DNA of 64,000 nucleotides from NCBI RefSeq assembly GCF_058153355.1, contig NZ_CM177019.1; one strand, 5' to 3'. Shown piece by piece: positions 12,091 to 22,532 of this stretch (position 1 is its first letter; each line of letters starts with the position of its first letter). The notes under the pieces were generated by a model. It saw only the letters and a program-made list of their open reading frames with translations, ran no database searches and was not told where the DNA came from. The position numbers and the translations under genes were made by a program.

Positions 12091-13947
12091 TTAACGCACG
12101 TTGGCGCAGGTCAGGCAAAACGCATAACGGTTTTGTGGGTCGTTAAACGCTGCCAGCTTGTCGCTTTCACTTTTAACGGTAGAGGCTACCGAGGCCAGCG
12201 GTGCAGGTAACATGGCCTGGAACGCATCTGGCAACATTGCCCGGACAGAACCAGACATATTGTCCATCACTTTGTCGAAGATGGTCGGTTCATCAACGTA
12301 GTATTCCAGATGCCACTGTTTCACTTTTGCCAGCTCTGCTGCTTTGGCAACCGCATCATCGAAATCCCCGAGACTATCGACCAGCCCGTTAGCTTTTGCA
12401 TCCTGACCGGTCCAGACGTGGCCCTGGGCGATTTTATCAATCTGCTCCGGCGTCGAATGACGCGCATCAGCAACCAGCGTGATAAAGCGTTTATAGCCAT
12501 TCTCAATGCTTAACTGCATCATCTGCTGCGCTTCCGGCGGCAGTGCCTTGGTGATAGAAACATCCGCCAGCGGTGAAGTTGAGACGCCATCGGTATGAAC
12601 ACCAATCGAATCCAAACTATTTTCTACGGTAGTGATCACGCCGAAGATACCGATAGAACCGGTCAGGGTGCTGGGGTTAGCCACAATGTAATTAGCTGGC
12701 GTGGAAATCCAGTAACCACCAGATGCCGCCATGCCGCCCATCGATACAACCACAGGCTTACCCGCTGCCCTGGCGGCTGCCAGTTCAGCGCGAATCACTT
12801 CAGAGGCGGTAACGCTGCCGCCAGGGCTATTAACACGCAGAACAATCGCTTTCACTTTCGGGTCAAGGCGAGCGTCGCGGATTTGTGCCGCAGTGGTATC
12901 ACCGCCAACATTCCCCTGAGTTTCCTCGCCATCCATAATTGCGCCATTCGCGAAGACGACACCGATGCTGTCACCGGTATCTGCCGGCGTTTTCAATGCG
13001 TAATCGTAATAACTGATGGCGCGATAATTTTTATCAGTCTTACTCCAGCCGAACTCTTTGGTCAGAGCTTTTTCGATTTCGGCACTTGATGCCAGTGCAT
13101 CGACCAGCTTGTTTTCCAGCGCATATTTCGCGGTATCGCCACCTGTTTTGGTTAAACCCTCAAGCAACCCTTGCGCACCAGGGAATACCTGCTGAGCAGG
13201 GATCTGCCGGTTAGCGGCAACAGTATTCAGATAGTTTTGCCACAGCTCACCGATCCAGCGGCTGTTAGCTTCGCGGGCTGCCGGTGACATATCATCACGA
13301 ATAAACGGTTCAACGGCAGATTTATACGTACCCACGCGGAACACATGGGTGGAGACTTTCAGCTTATCCAGTAACGATTTGTAGTACAGACCGTTGGTAG
13401 CAAAACCGTGCAGATCCACCACGCCTTGTGGAGATAGCCAAATTTTGTTGGCGAAACTGGCGAGATAATATTGCCCCTGGCTGTAGTTCTCGCCTATGGC
13501 ATAAACTGGTTTCCCGCTGTCACGAAACTCTTTCAGGGCTTTGCCGATGTACTGCATAGACGGCTGGTCGCCGCCTGCGAAGTTTTTCAGATCCATCACG
13601 ATACCGGTGATATTGCGGTCGTCCTTTGCCTGGCGAATGGTGTTGACGATATCAAACAGTGAGTTTTCCTGCAGACGATCGGAACTGGCACCAAGGAGCT
13701 GGCGGCTTAGCTTACTAAACCGCTGAGAACTGTCGGGTTTATCGACGATTACACCAGATATGTCCAGCAGCAGCGCGCCACGACTGGCCGTTTCTTTCGA
13801 ATCACCACCACTGACCTGCATCCAGATCCCCACACCAACCAGTACGAGAAAAATAAAGAACAGGTTAAGTACCATTTCACGGACGAAATTCAGCAGACGC
13901 CACGTCCATTTAAAAAATCCGGCAATAAATCGCCAAAGGGTTCGCAT
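12091..13947 (-). CDS. sppA: Signal peptide peptidase A (protease IV)
   Basis: ORF 12091-14091 trimmed to [19 protein letters not shown] (618 aa). Confidence 0.9.
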   Translation of the reverse strand: MRTLWRFIAGFFKWTWRLLNFVREMVLNLFFIFLVLVGVGIWMQVSGGDSKETASRGALLLDISGVIVDKPDSSQRFSKLSRQLLGASSDRLQENSLFDIVNTIRQAKDDRNITGIVMDLKNFAGGDQPSMQYIGKALKEFRDSGKPVYAIGENYSQGQYYLASFANKIWLSPQGVVDLHGFATNGLYYKSLLDKLKVSTHVFRVGTYKSAVEPFIRDDMSPAAREANSRWIGELWQNYLNTVAANRQIPAQQVFPGAQGLLEGLTKTGGDTAKYALENKLVDALASSAEIEKALTKEFGWSKTDKNYRAISYYDYALKTPADTGDSIGVVFANGAIMDGEETQGNVGGDTTAAQIRDARLDPKVKAIVLRVNSPGGSVTASEVIRAELAAARAAGKPVVVSMGGMAASGGYWISTPANYIVANPSTLTGSIGIFGVITTVENSLDSIGVHTDGVSTSPLADVSITKALPPEAQQMMQLSIENGYKRFITLVADARHSTPEQIDKIAQGHVWTGQDAKANGLVDSLGDFDDAVAKAAELAKVKQWHLEYYVDEPTIFDKVMDNMSGSVRAMLPDAFQAMLPAPLASVASTVKSESDKLAAFNDPQNRYAFCLTCANVR

Positions 13948-14107
13948 GTATTCTCCCAACTTAAGGTCACACCTGTCACAGGCGCAATAGATGTGGTTAT
14001 CGTAATGACCCAACCGGCACTTGTCAGCAGGAATTGCGGACTGTGCTGTAACAAAATCCACTCTCGTGTTAATTTTGTGAATAAATATCATGACAGGAGT
14101 TAATCAA

Positions 14108-14659
14108 ATGGATGCACTCGAACTATTGATCAATCGCCGTAGCGCCTCCCGCCTGGCTGAACCTGCGCCAACGGGTGAACAACTGCAAAACATACTGCGA
14201 GCGGGTATGCGTGCCCCGGACCATAAGTCCATGCAACCGTGGCATTTTTTTGTGATTGAAGGGGAAGGACGCGAGCGTTTCAGCGCATTATTGGAACAGG
14301 GGGCGATTGCTGCCGGTAGTGATGACAAAGCTATCGTCAAAGCGCGTAATGCGCCGTTCCGCGCACCGCTCATCATAACGGTGGTGGCAAAATGCGAAGA
14401 AAATCATAAAGTCCCGCGCTGGGAACAGGAAATGTCTGCGGGATGTGCGGTCATGGCGATGCAAATGGCAGCAGTTGCCCAGGGGTTTGGCGGCATCTGG
14501 CGCAGTGGCGCATTAACTGAAAGTCCGGTAGTGCGTGAAGCATTCGGTTGCCGTGAGCAGGATAAAATGGTCGGTTTTCTCTACCTTGGTACGCCGCAGT
14601 TGAAAGCATCTACATCGATAAACGTTCCGGACCCGACGCCGTTTGTGACTTATTTCTGA
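14108..14659 (+). CDS. ydjA: NAD(P)H nitroreductase YdjA
   Basis: 183 aa from [15 protein letters not shown]. Confidence 0.85.
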   Translation: MDALELLINRRSASRLAEPAPTGEQLQNILRAGMRAPDHKSMQPWHFFVIEGEGRERFSALLEQGAIAAGSDDKAIVKARNAPFRAPLIITVVAKCEENHKVPRWEQEMSAGCAVMAMQMAAVAQGFGGIWRSGALTESPVVREAFGCREQDKMVGFLYLGTPQLKASTSINVPDPTPFVTYF

Positions 14660-14775
14660 TAATTGTCGCGAAACTGTCTGGATTGTGAGCAAAGGCGCAG
14701 GAATTCAGACACTCTCACTTATCACTTCATGGAATGAGGGTTACCATACCCGGATTGCATTGACAGGAGATGTCC

Positions 14776-15819
14776 ATGAGCGAGAACTCGATTCGTTTGA
14801 CCCAATACAGCCACGGTGCAGGTTGCGGCTGTAAAATTTCCCCAAAAGTGTTGGAAACCATCCTGCACAGTGAGCAGGCGAAGTTTGTTGATCCGAATTT
14901 GCTTGTGGGTAATGAAACCCGCGACGATGCGGCGGTGTACGATCTGGGCAATGGCACCAGCGTTATCAGTACCACCGACTTCTTTATGCCGATCGTTGAT
15001 AATCCTTTCGATTTTGGCCGCATTGCGGCGACTAACGCCATCAGCGATATCTTCGCGATGGGTGGCAAACCGATTATGGCGATTGCGATCCTCGGCTGGC
15101 CTATTAACAAACTTTCCCCTGAAATTGCCCGCGAAGTAACCGAAGGTGGACGCTATGCATGCCGTCAGGCGGGTATTGCGCTGGCTGGCGGTCACTCCAT
15201 CGATGCGCCGGAGCCGATTTTTGGTCTGGCGGTAACGGGGATCGTACCGACCGAGCGGGTGAAGAAAAACAGTACTGCACAAGCCGGATGCAAACTGTTC
15301 CTGACGAAACCGCTGGGAATTGGCGTTCTTACTACGGCTGAGAAAAAATCACTGCTGAAACCAGAACATCAGGGACTAGCGACGGAAGTGATGTGCCGGA
15401 TGAACATCGCAGGCGCGTCCTTTGCCAACATCGAAGGCGTAAAAGCGATGACTGACGTGACTGGTTTTGGTCTGCTGGGGCATTTGAGCGAAATGTGTCA
15501 GGGTGCTGGTGTGCAGGCGCGAGTCGACTATGAAGCGATCCCGAAACTGCCGGGGGTTGAAGAGTACATTAAGTTGGGCGCAGTGCCTGGCGGCACCGAA
15601 CGTAACTTTGCCAGCTATGGGCATCTGATGGGTGAAATGCCGCGTGAAGTGCGCGATCTGCTGTGCGATCCGCAAACTTCTGGCGGTCTGCTGCTGGCGG
15701 TCATGCCGGAAGCAGAAAATGAGGTCAAAGCTACAGCCGCCGAGTTTGGCATTGAACTGACGGCGATTGGCGAACTGGTGCCAGCGCGCGGCGGTCGTGC
15801 CATGGTTGAGATCCGTTAA
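14776..15819 (+). CDS. selD: Selenide, water dikinase (selenophosphate synthetase)
   Basis: [23 protein letters not shown] with catalytic Cys motif; 347 aa. Confidence 0.9.
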
Positions 15820-15823
15820 TTCA

Positions 15824-17779
15824 ATGCGGTTGTTTATTGCCGAAAAACCGAGTCTGGCGCGCGCCATTGCTGATGTCCTGCCCAAACCGCACCGGAAAGG
15901 CGATGGCTTTATCGAGTGCGGTAATGGCCAGGTGGTGACCTGGTGTATCGGTCACCTGCTTGAGCAGGCGCAGCCAGACGCCTACGACAGTCGCTATGCG
16001 CGCTGGAACCTGGCCGATCTCCCCATTGTCCCGGAAAAGTGGCAATTACAGCCACGACCCTCCGTGACCAAACAACTTAACGTCATCAAACGCTTTCTGC
16101 ATGAAGCCAGCGAAATCGTTCACGCCGGTGACCCGGACCGTGAAGGGCAATTGCTGGTAGATGAAGTGCTGGACTACCTGCAACTGGCACCAGAAAAGCG
16201 CCAGCAGGTACAGCGTTGTTTGATAAACGACCTGAACCCGCAGGCGGTTGAGCGGGCTATCGATCGTCTTCGCTCCAATAGCGAGTTTGTACCACTGTGC
16301 GTTTCTGCGCTGGCGCGAGCACGAGCCGACTGGTTATACGGCATCAATATGACCCGCGCGTACACCATTCTCGGTCGTAATGCGGGTTATCAGGGCGTGC
16401 TTTCCGTGGGACGCGTGCAGACGCCCGTGCTCGGGCTGGTGGTGCGCCGCGATGAAGAAATTGAAAACTTCGTGGCGAAAGACTTCTTTGAAGTCAAAGC
16501 GCATATCGTGACACCTGCCGATGAGCGGTTTACCGCTATCTGGCAACCGAGCGAAGCGTGTGAACCGTACCAGGATGAAGAAGGGCGCTTGTTACATCGT
16601 CCGCTGGCGGAGCATGTGGTCAACCGCATCAGCGGCCAACCGGCTATTGTCACCAGCTATAACGATAAACGGGAATCAGAATCCGCACCGCTGCCGTTTT
16701 CGCTTTCGGCGTTGCAGATTGAAGCGGCTAAACGCTTTGGTCTGAGTGCGCAGAACGTGCTTGATATCTGCCAGAAGTTGTACGAAACGCACAAGCTAAT
16801 CACTTATCCGCGTTCCGATTGTCGCTATCTGCCAGAAGAGCATTTTGCCGGACGCCACGCGGTGATGAATGCTATCGGCGTCCATGCGCCGGATCTGTTG
16901 CCGCAACCAGTGGTAGATCCAGATATACGCAACCGCTGTTGGGATGACAAAAAGGTCGATGCGCACCACGCCATCATCCCGACCGCGAGGAGTTCTGCCA
17001 TCAACCTGACGGAAAACGAGGCGAAGGTCTATAACCTGATTGCTCGTCAGTATTTGATGCAGTTCTGTCCGGACGCGGTGTTCCGCAAGTGTGTTATCGA
17101 ACTGGAAATAGCCAAAGGCAAATTTGTCGCTAAAGCCCGTTTTCTTGCTGAAGCAGGCTGGCGCACACTGTTAGGCAGCAAAGAGCGCGATGAAGAAAAC
17201 GACGGCACGCCACTGCCTGTGGTGGCGAAAGGCGATGAGTTGCTGTGTGAAAAAGGTGAAGTGGTAGAGCGGCAAACCCAGCCGCCGCGCCATTTTACCG
17301 ATGCAACACTGCTTTCGGCGATGACCGGGATCGCGCGCTTTGTGCAGGATAAAGATCTGAAAAAGATCCTTCGTGCCACCGATGGTCTGGGGACAGAAGC
17401 AACCCGTGCCGGGATTATTGAACTGCTGTTCAAGCGTGGCTTTCTGACCAAAAAAGGGCGCTATATCCACTCCACCGACGCCGGAAAAGCGTTATTCCAT
17501 TCACTGCCAGAAATGGCTACGCGACCGGACATGACCGCGCACTGGGAATCGGTGCTGACGCAAATCAGCGAAAAGCAGTGCCGCTATCAGGACTTTATGC
17601 AACCGTTGGTGGGGACGCTGTATCAGTTGATTGATCAGGCCAAACGTACGCCGGTGCGGCAGTTTCGCGGCATAGTGGCTCCAGATGGCGGAGAAGGAAA
17701 TAAGAAGACTTCACCCCGTAAGCGAGCAGCGAAAAAAAGCCCGCCATCAGCAGAGGCGGGCAGTGGAGTGATAATGTAA
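15824..17779 (+). CDS. topB: DNA topoisomerase III
   Basis: [19 protein letters not shown]oprim N-terminus; start 4 nt after selD stop (operon). Confidence 0.9.
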   Translation: MRLFIAEKPSLARAIADVLPKPHRKGDGFIECGNGQVVTWCIGHLLEQAQPDAYDSRYARWNLADLPIVPEKWQLQPRPSVTKQLNVIKRFLHEASEIVHAGDPDREGQLLVDEVLDYLQLAPEKRQQVQRCLINDLNPQAVERAIDRLRSNSEFVPLCVSALARARADWLYGINMTRAYTILGRNAGYQGVLSVGRVQTPVLGLVVRRDEEIENFVAKDFFEVKAHIVTPADERFTAIWQPSEACEPYQDEEGRLLHRPLAEHVVNRISGQPAIVTSYNDKRESESAPLPFSLSALQIEAAKRFGLSAQNVLDICQKLYETHKLITYPRSDCRYLPEEHFAGRHAVMNAIGVHAPDLLPQPVVDPDIRNRCWDDKKVDAHHAIIPTARSSAINLTENEAKVYNLIARQYLMQFCPDAVFRKCVIELEIAKGKFVAKARFLAEAGWRTLLGSKERDEENDGTPLPVVAKGDELLCEKGEVVERQTQPPRHFTDATLLSAMTGIARFVQDKDLKKILRATDGLGTEATRAGIIELLFKRGFLTKKGRYIHSTDAGKALFHSLPEMATRPDMTAHWESVLTQISEKQCRYQDFMQPLVGTLYQLIDQAKRTPVRQFRGIVAPDGGEGNKKTSPRKRAAKKSPPSAEAGSGVIM

Positions 17780-17840
17780 TGCTCTGATGCAGTCAGTTTG
17801 TCGGGTAGCAGCGATTCATTACTGTCTCGCCGCCCCCTAA

Positions 17841-17874
17841 GAACGGTACGTGCGAGTTTCCCCGCATACCGCTC
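17841..17874 (-). ncRNA. Group II intron domain V (catalytic hairpin)
   Basis: Minus-strand sequence GAGCGGTATGCGGGGAAACTCGCACGTACCGTTC: 10-bp lower stem with AGC triad, 2-nt bulge, GAAA tetraloop. Confidence 0.75.
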
Positions 17875-17880
17875 AAGCCT

Positions 17881-19623
17881 TTATAAGCCTCCACCTTGTG
17901 GGAGACCAGCGTCATTACTATGTAGTTGTCGATGGCAGTTGGGATGGAGTAGGACTAAATTGCTCACATCATCGCTACCGCCAAGAGATTTCTTGAGCAA
18001 ATGATGAACATTCCATCCTGTATCGCGATTAATCGGTTGCTCACATAAAGGGCAGCGCGATCCTTGCCTTTTCCATATAGCGAGAATCCTTTTCTGCCCC
18101 TGTTGGGATTTCTTCCATGAGTAGTCCAGCCTTCTTTCGAAGTATGTTTCCCACTCGGGATCATATGGATTTGCCGTTCCCTTTATTTTTATATAGCGAT
18201 TAATATGGATGTCGCTGGCCCGGGACAGAACATATTTCCTACCCTCCGGATCGACTCCATAAAATCGACCATGACACATTTTTATTGTCGTGTGGTACTT
18301 TCGGAAGATCCATCTCCGGCCTTTGCCGGGATGTCTCCTTCTGCACCACTGCCAGATTTTGCGCCAGATTTGGTTGTCGACATAGTTAAATGTCTCTGCC
18401 GATGCTACATGTTGGTGATAGTTTGCCCACCCGGTGATGATTGGATTAAGCAGATTTATTAGCACCCATGCAGGAACCGTTCGGTTACCTTCAATAGTCT
18501 CTCTGATCTTGCTAAGAAATTGTTTAACGTTTTTCTTGGCTGGTCTGATTATGAGTTTTCTACCGAAGCGTCGGACGTGCTGCCCAAGGAAATCAAATCC
18601 GTCAGTAATGTGAGTGATGACCGTTTTCTCTTCGGATAACGTCAGCCCTCTTTCTGCAAGAAATGATTTCACCAACGGAAGAACATTCTCCTCCAGAAGT
18701 TCTTTCGACTTTCCGGAAATGATGAAATCATCAGCATACCGGACGAAGTGAACCTGATGTTTCCTGAATGTTTTTGAGCGTTTCGGACCAAAGCGATTTT
18801 GCAGCAGTCTTTCCAGTCCATCCAGGGCCATGTTTGCCAGAACTGGAGATATGATTCCTCCCTGGGGTGTACCCGAGAGAGTTTTGCTGAATATGCTTTT
18901 TTCGATGATCCCGGCTTTCAACCAATTACGGAGTATTTGCTTGTCCATAGGAATATTTTCAAGCAGCCACTCGTGGCTAATGTGTTCAAAGCATCCTTTA
19001 ATATCGCCTTCCAGAACCCATTTCGAGGCGTTCCGGGAACTATACATATTACATACCTGTTGAATGGCGTCAGCCGTACATCGCGCTGGTCTGAAACCAT
19101 AACTGTTGTGATCTGCATTAGTTTCCGATACAGGCTCCAATCCCAGCAGATGCAGGGCCTGCATTGCCCTGTCAAGCATGACGGGGATTCCTAATGGTCT
19201 TTTCTTGCCATTAGATTTGGGTATAAAAACTCTTTTTAGCGGTAGGGGCTTGTACCCTTTTCGCCTGAGTTTGAATATCGCTTCCCATTTTGATTCTGGA
19301 GTACTCCAGATTTGACCATCAACTCCGGGGGTTTTACGCCCGCTATTTTCCGTAACTCGTTTCACCGCCAGTGCTCTGGCGCTGAATGAGCGAACCAGCA
19401 ATCGTTGCAATCTACCGACTGTACGCCATTGCTGGTTACATGCCGCCTTTGCGATTCTTGTCTGTATGGTTTTAACGTGTTGATGGCATTTCTTCCAGTT
19501 AATGGAATGCCAACCTTTTCCGTTGATGACCGCAGTTACATTGTTAGATGTAATTTTCATACATGTCATCCAAAGAAACCTTCGCAGATGTTTCGCAATT
19601 AAAGACCAGATGGAAGTCAGCAC
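17881..19623 (-). CDS. Group II intron-encoded protein (reverse transcriptase / maturase / HNH endonuclease)
   Basis: 580-aa ORF with RT motifs (TPGVDG, RPLGIP, YGFRPARC, GTPQGGIISPVLANMAL, YADDFII, GFDFLG), X domain (GWANYHQH) and C-terminal HNH (CPLCEQ...HHLLKKSLGG...HPNCHRQLH). True start may be an internal Met (19569 or 19560). Confidence 0.85.
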   Translation of the reverse strand: MLTSIWSLIAKHLRRFLWMTCMKITSNNVTAVINGKGWHSINWKKCHQHVKTIQTRIAKAACNQQWRTVGRLQRLLVRSFSARALAVKRVTENSGRKTPGVDGQIWSTPESKWEAIFKLRRKGYKPLPLKRVFIPKSNGKKRPLGIPVMLDRAMQALHLLGLEPVSETNADHNSYGFRPARCTADAIQQVCNMYSSRNASKWVLEGDIKGCFEHISHEWLLENIPMDKQILRNWLKAGIIEKSIFSKTLSGTPQGGIISPVLANMALDGLERLLQNRFGPKRSKTFRKHQVHFVRYADDFIISGKSKELLEENVLPLVKSFLAERGLTLSEEKTVITHITDGFDFLGQHVRRFGRKLIIRPAKKNVKQFLSKIRETIEGNRTVPAWVLINLLNPIITGWANYHQHVASAETFNYVDNQIWRKIWQWCRRRHPGKGRRWIFRKYHTTIKMCHGRFYGVDPEGRKYVLSRASDIHINRYIKIKGTANPYDPEWETYFERRLDYSWKKSQQGQKRILAIWKRQGSRCPLCEQPINRDTGWNVHHLLKKSLGGSDDVSNLVLLHPNCHRQLHSNDAGLPQGGGL

Positions 19624-20160
19624 GGTTTCCCGTTAAGGCAAATATTGAACCTCTATCCGCACGATTACAGTCCGGCTTTCGCTTTTTCCATCCTCCTTTA
19701 CCCGCATTCTCATCAGTTTGCCTTACGGTGCCCCTGCCACTAGGGCGAGAATTCGGGCTTACCAAGTTCCGACCAACATACAAAGAACGGGTTAGGTTCT
19801 GTCTATCCGCCGGGGGAGTTATTGTCCATGTATTCCCACTACGAACAGGAATAGCCTTACCCCTTACCTTTTGGTGCAAGCCTATCAGCATCTTTGGCTC
19901 GTTCTCTGTTACGACGTTTAACGACAGTTCACTATGTTAACCATACCGCCCAGCCTAGCGCTCTCGCCGCATGATGCTTGTAGCGATCAGGTTTTCTCAC
20001 GATTAACTGAAGCAATATTTGCTAAGCTACATTGTCCCAAGGGCTTCAGACAGAGCCGTTACCAGCTTTGCCTGCCTCAGTAGGCTACAACTAATGGAAT
20101 AGTTGGTTTTATATAAATAATTTATCAAAACAATATGTTGGACGACTTCTTGTCGCACTC

Positions 20161-20194
20161 GTAGGCCAGATAAGGCGTTCACGCCGCATCTGGC
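20161..20194 (-). repeat. REP (repetitive extragenic palindrome) element
   Basis: Minus strand GCCAGATGCGGCGTGAACGCCTTATCTGGCCTAC matches E. coli REP consensus ending GGCCTAC. Confidence 0.6.
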
Positions 20195-20221
20195 ATAAAC
20201 GCCTGAAACGGCGCTAATGAC

Positions 20222-21565
20222 TTAAATCACCCCCTGCGCCAGCATCGCATCGGCAACCTTCACAAAACCGGCAATGTTCGCGCCCTGCACGTAGTTGGTT
20301 TGCTCACCTTCACCACCATGCTCAACACAGGCATGGTGGATATCCAGCATGATGTGATGCAAACGTGCGTCAACTTTCTCGGCTTTCCAGCCCAGGCGCG
20401 CAGCGTTTTGCGCCATTTCCAGGCCGGATGTAGCTACGCCACCAGCATTAGCCGCTTTACCCGGTGCAAACAGTACGCCTGCCTGCTGGAACAGTTCAGT
20501 CGCTTCGATGGTGGTCGGCATATTTGCCCCTTCGGCGACGGCTTTAACGCCATTGGCGATAAGCTGATGCGCGGCGTCTACATCCAGTTCGTTCTGGGTG
20601 GCGCAAGGCAGGGCGATATCAACCGGTACAGACCACGGCTGTTGGCCTTCGAGATAGACCAGGCCAAATTCTTTGGCGTAATCTGCCACTCGACCATCGC
20701 GGCTGGCTTTGATTTCGATAAGACGTGCCAGTTTCTCTTTAGTGAATCCGCTTTCATCAACGACAGTGCCACTGGAATCTGACGCAGTAATCACACGGGC
20801 ACCAAATTCCATCGCTTTTTCGATAGCGTACTGAGCGACGTTGCCGGAGCCAGAAACGGAAACGCGCATCCCTTCAAAACCCATACCGTGGCGTTTTAGC
20901 ATTGCTTCTGTGAAATAAACCAGACCGTAGCCGGTTGCTTCCGGGCGAATAAGACTGCCGCCAAAAGAAAGCCCCTTACCGGTGAAGACGCAGGCGGTAT
21001 TGTTGGAGAGCTTTTTCATCATCCCCGCCATAAAGCCGACTTCACGACCACCAACGCCGATATCGCCCGCCGGAACGTCGGTATCTGCGCCCAGGTGGCG
21101 ATACAGTTCAGTCATTAGCGCCTGGCAGAACCGCATCACTTCGCCTTCGCTTTTCCCTTTCGGGTCGAAATCGCTGCCGCCTTTACCACCGCCCATTGGC
21201 AGAGTTGTCAGGGCATTTTTGAAGGTTTGTTCAAAGCCGAGGAATTTGAGAATGGAGAGGTTTACCGACGGATGGAAGCGCATACCACCTTTGTACGGGC
21301 CGATGGCGGAGCTGAACTGCACGCGCCATGCACGGTTGACCTGCACCTGGTTGCGATCGTCAACCCATACCACGCGAAACTGGATCACGCGCTCCGGCTC
21401 AACCAAGCGCTCCAGTAATGACATTTGGCGATATTTTGGATTTTGTTCAAGAAAAGGCCAGAGTGTGGTCATTACTTCACGAACGGCTTGCGCGAACTCG
21501 GTTTGATTCGGGTCGCGCTTTTGGACATGGTTGAGGAATGACTCCAGAGAATATGTCTGATCCAT
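20222..21565 (-). CDS. gdhA: NADP-specific glutamate dehydrogenase
   Basis: 447 aa, MDQTYSLESFLNHVQKRDP, catalytic-lysine region FLGFEQTFKNALTTLPMGGGKGGSDFDPKG. Confidence 0.95.
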   Translation of the reverse strand: MDQTYSLESFLNHVQKRDPNQTEFAQAVREVMTTLWPFLEQNPKYRQMSLLERLVEPERVIQFRVVWVDDRNQVQVNRAWRVQFSSAIGPYKGGMRFHPSVNLSILKFLGFEQTFKNALTTLPMGGGKGGSDFDPKGKSEGEVMRFCQALMTELYRHLGADTDVPAGDIGVGGREVGFMAGMMKKLSNNTACVFTGKGLSFGGSLIRPEATGYGLVYFTEAMLKRHGMGFEGMRVSVSGSGNVAQYAIEKAMEFGARVITASDSSGTVVDESGFTKEKLARLIEIKASRDGRVADYAKEFGLVYLEGQQPWSVPVDIALPCATQNELDVDAAHQLIANGVKAVAEGANMPTTIEATELFQQAGVLFAPGKAANAGGVATSGLEMAQNAARLGWKAEKVDARLHHIMLDIHHACVEHGGEGEQTNYVQGANIAGFVKVADAMLAQGVI

Positions 21566-21800
21566 AGATATAAAACCCTTATATATTAATACGATTATGC
21601 TTATGTTGTTTATGTCATGTGCTTTTGCAGTTTTCGACTATACCATCAAGAATGTGACGGTAAGCAAGAAAAAAATGACTCACGAAAGCAAATTAATAAC
21701 GGGAGAAATCTCATAACCAAAAGCGATAACTCAGACGCTAAAGTTTTGCCGCCAGGCTACCGTTATCAGTAGCAGAGACAAAAACGTTAAGGAGTTCCCT

Positions 21801-22073
21801 GTGAGTCGAGCATTGTTCGCCCTAGCATTGGCATTTCCATTCATTGCACTGGCTAACCCGCATTATCGTCCGGACGTGGAGGTGAACGTACCGCCAGAAG
21901 TGTTCAGTTCAGGCGGGCAGTCAGCGCAGCCCTGTACTCAGTGCTGCGTTTATCAGGATAAAAATTATTCTGAAGGGGCGGTAATTAAAGCCGAAGGAAT
22001 ACTCCTGCAATGCCAGCGGGATGACAAAACCCTTAGCACTAATCCGCTGGTCTGGCGGCGCGTAAAGCCATAA
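21801..22073 (+). CDS. ynjH: DUF1496 secreted protein YnjH
   Basis: 90 aa with signal peptide MSRALFALALAFPFIALA; synteny. Confidence 0.75.
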   Translation: MSRALFALALAFPFIALANPHYRPDVEVNVPPEVFSSGGQSAQPCTQCCVYQDKNYSEGAVIKAEGILLQCQRDDKTLSTNPLVWRRVKP

Positions 22074-22446
22074 ACGCCTCTAATAGTGGAATGTCAGCAG
22101 GGGCCAGCGGATATTGCAGCGCCTCTTCAGGTGAGCACCAGACTAGCGCCTGATGTTCATGTGCCTGTAACGTCCCGTGGAAGTCGGGTACGTGCCAGGC
22201 ATGAAGATGGATAATCCGCCCCGACACTTCTCGTTGATGGCTGGCAACATACTCACCCACAGTTGCTTCGATGCCCAATTCTTCGCGTAACTCACGCACC
22301 AGCGCCTGCCGCTGGCTTTCATCCGGCTCGACTTTACCACCGGCAAACTCCCATAATCCCGCCTGATCGCTATGGGCGGGGCGTTGAGCGAGTAAAATTT
22401 TGCCATCACGTTCGATGATGGCGGCAACAACTTCAATCATATTCAT
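22039..22446 (-). CDS. nudG: Nudix CTP/dCTP pyrophosphohydrolase NudG
   Basis: 135 aa with Nudix box GGKVEPDESQRQALVRELREELGI. Confidence 0.85.
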   Translation of the reverse strand: MNMIEVVAAIIERDGKILLAQRPAHSDQAGLWEFAGGKVEPDESQRQALVRELREELGIEATVGEYVASHQREVSGRIIHLHAWHVPDFHGTLQAHEHQALVWCSPEEALQYPLAPADIPLLEAFMALRAARPAD

Positions 22447-22532
22447 AAATTACACACGGGCAGATAAGCGAAAAATGCCATAATATCCGCACTGTTGCTC
22501 AATCAGAAAGGCTTTATATTTAAGGAGTGCCT

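Larger units (their letters stand above)
17800..20158 (-). mobile_element. Full-length group II intron (about 2.36 kb) with RT-maturase-HNH intron-encoded protein
   Basis: Minus strand: GTGCG at 20158-20154 as candidate 5' end; IEP ORF in domain IV; canonical domain V at 17874-17841; domain VI helix with bulged A (17806) 7 nt from proposed 3' end ...CCCGAC (17800). Boundaries are estimates. Confidence 0.75.

Noticed and set aside
15376-15885. 169-aa ORF on - strand
   Set aside because: Antisense to the selD 3' end and topB 5' end; the selD-topB reading frames are well supported.
17881-19623. Reverse transcriptase considered as a possible retron, DGR or Abi-type defense RT
   Set aside because: Presence of maturase X and HNH domains, plus a canonical group II domain V and domain VI immediately downstream, identify it as a group II intron protein; no msr/msd-like repeats or DGR template/variable repeat pair found.
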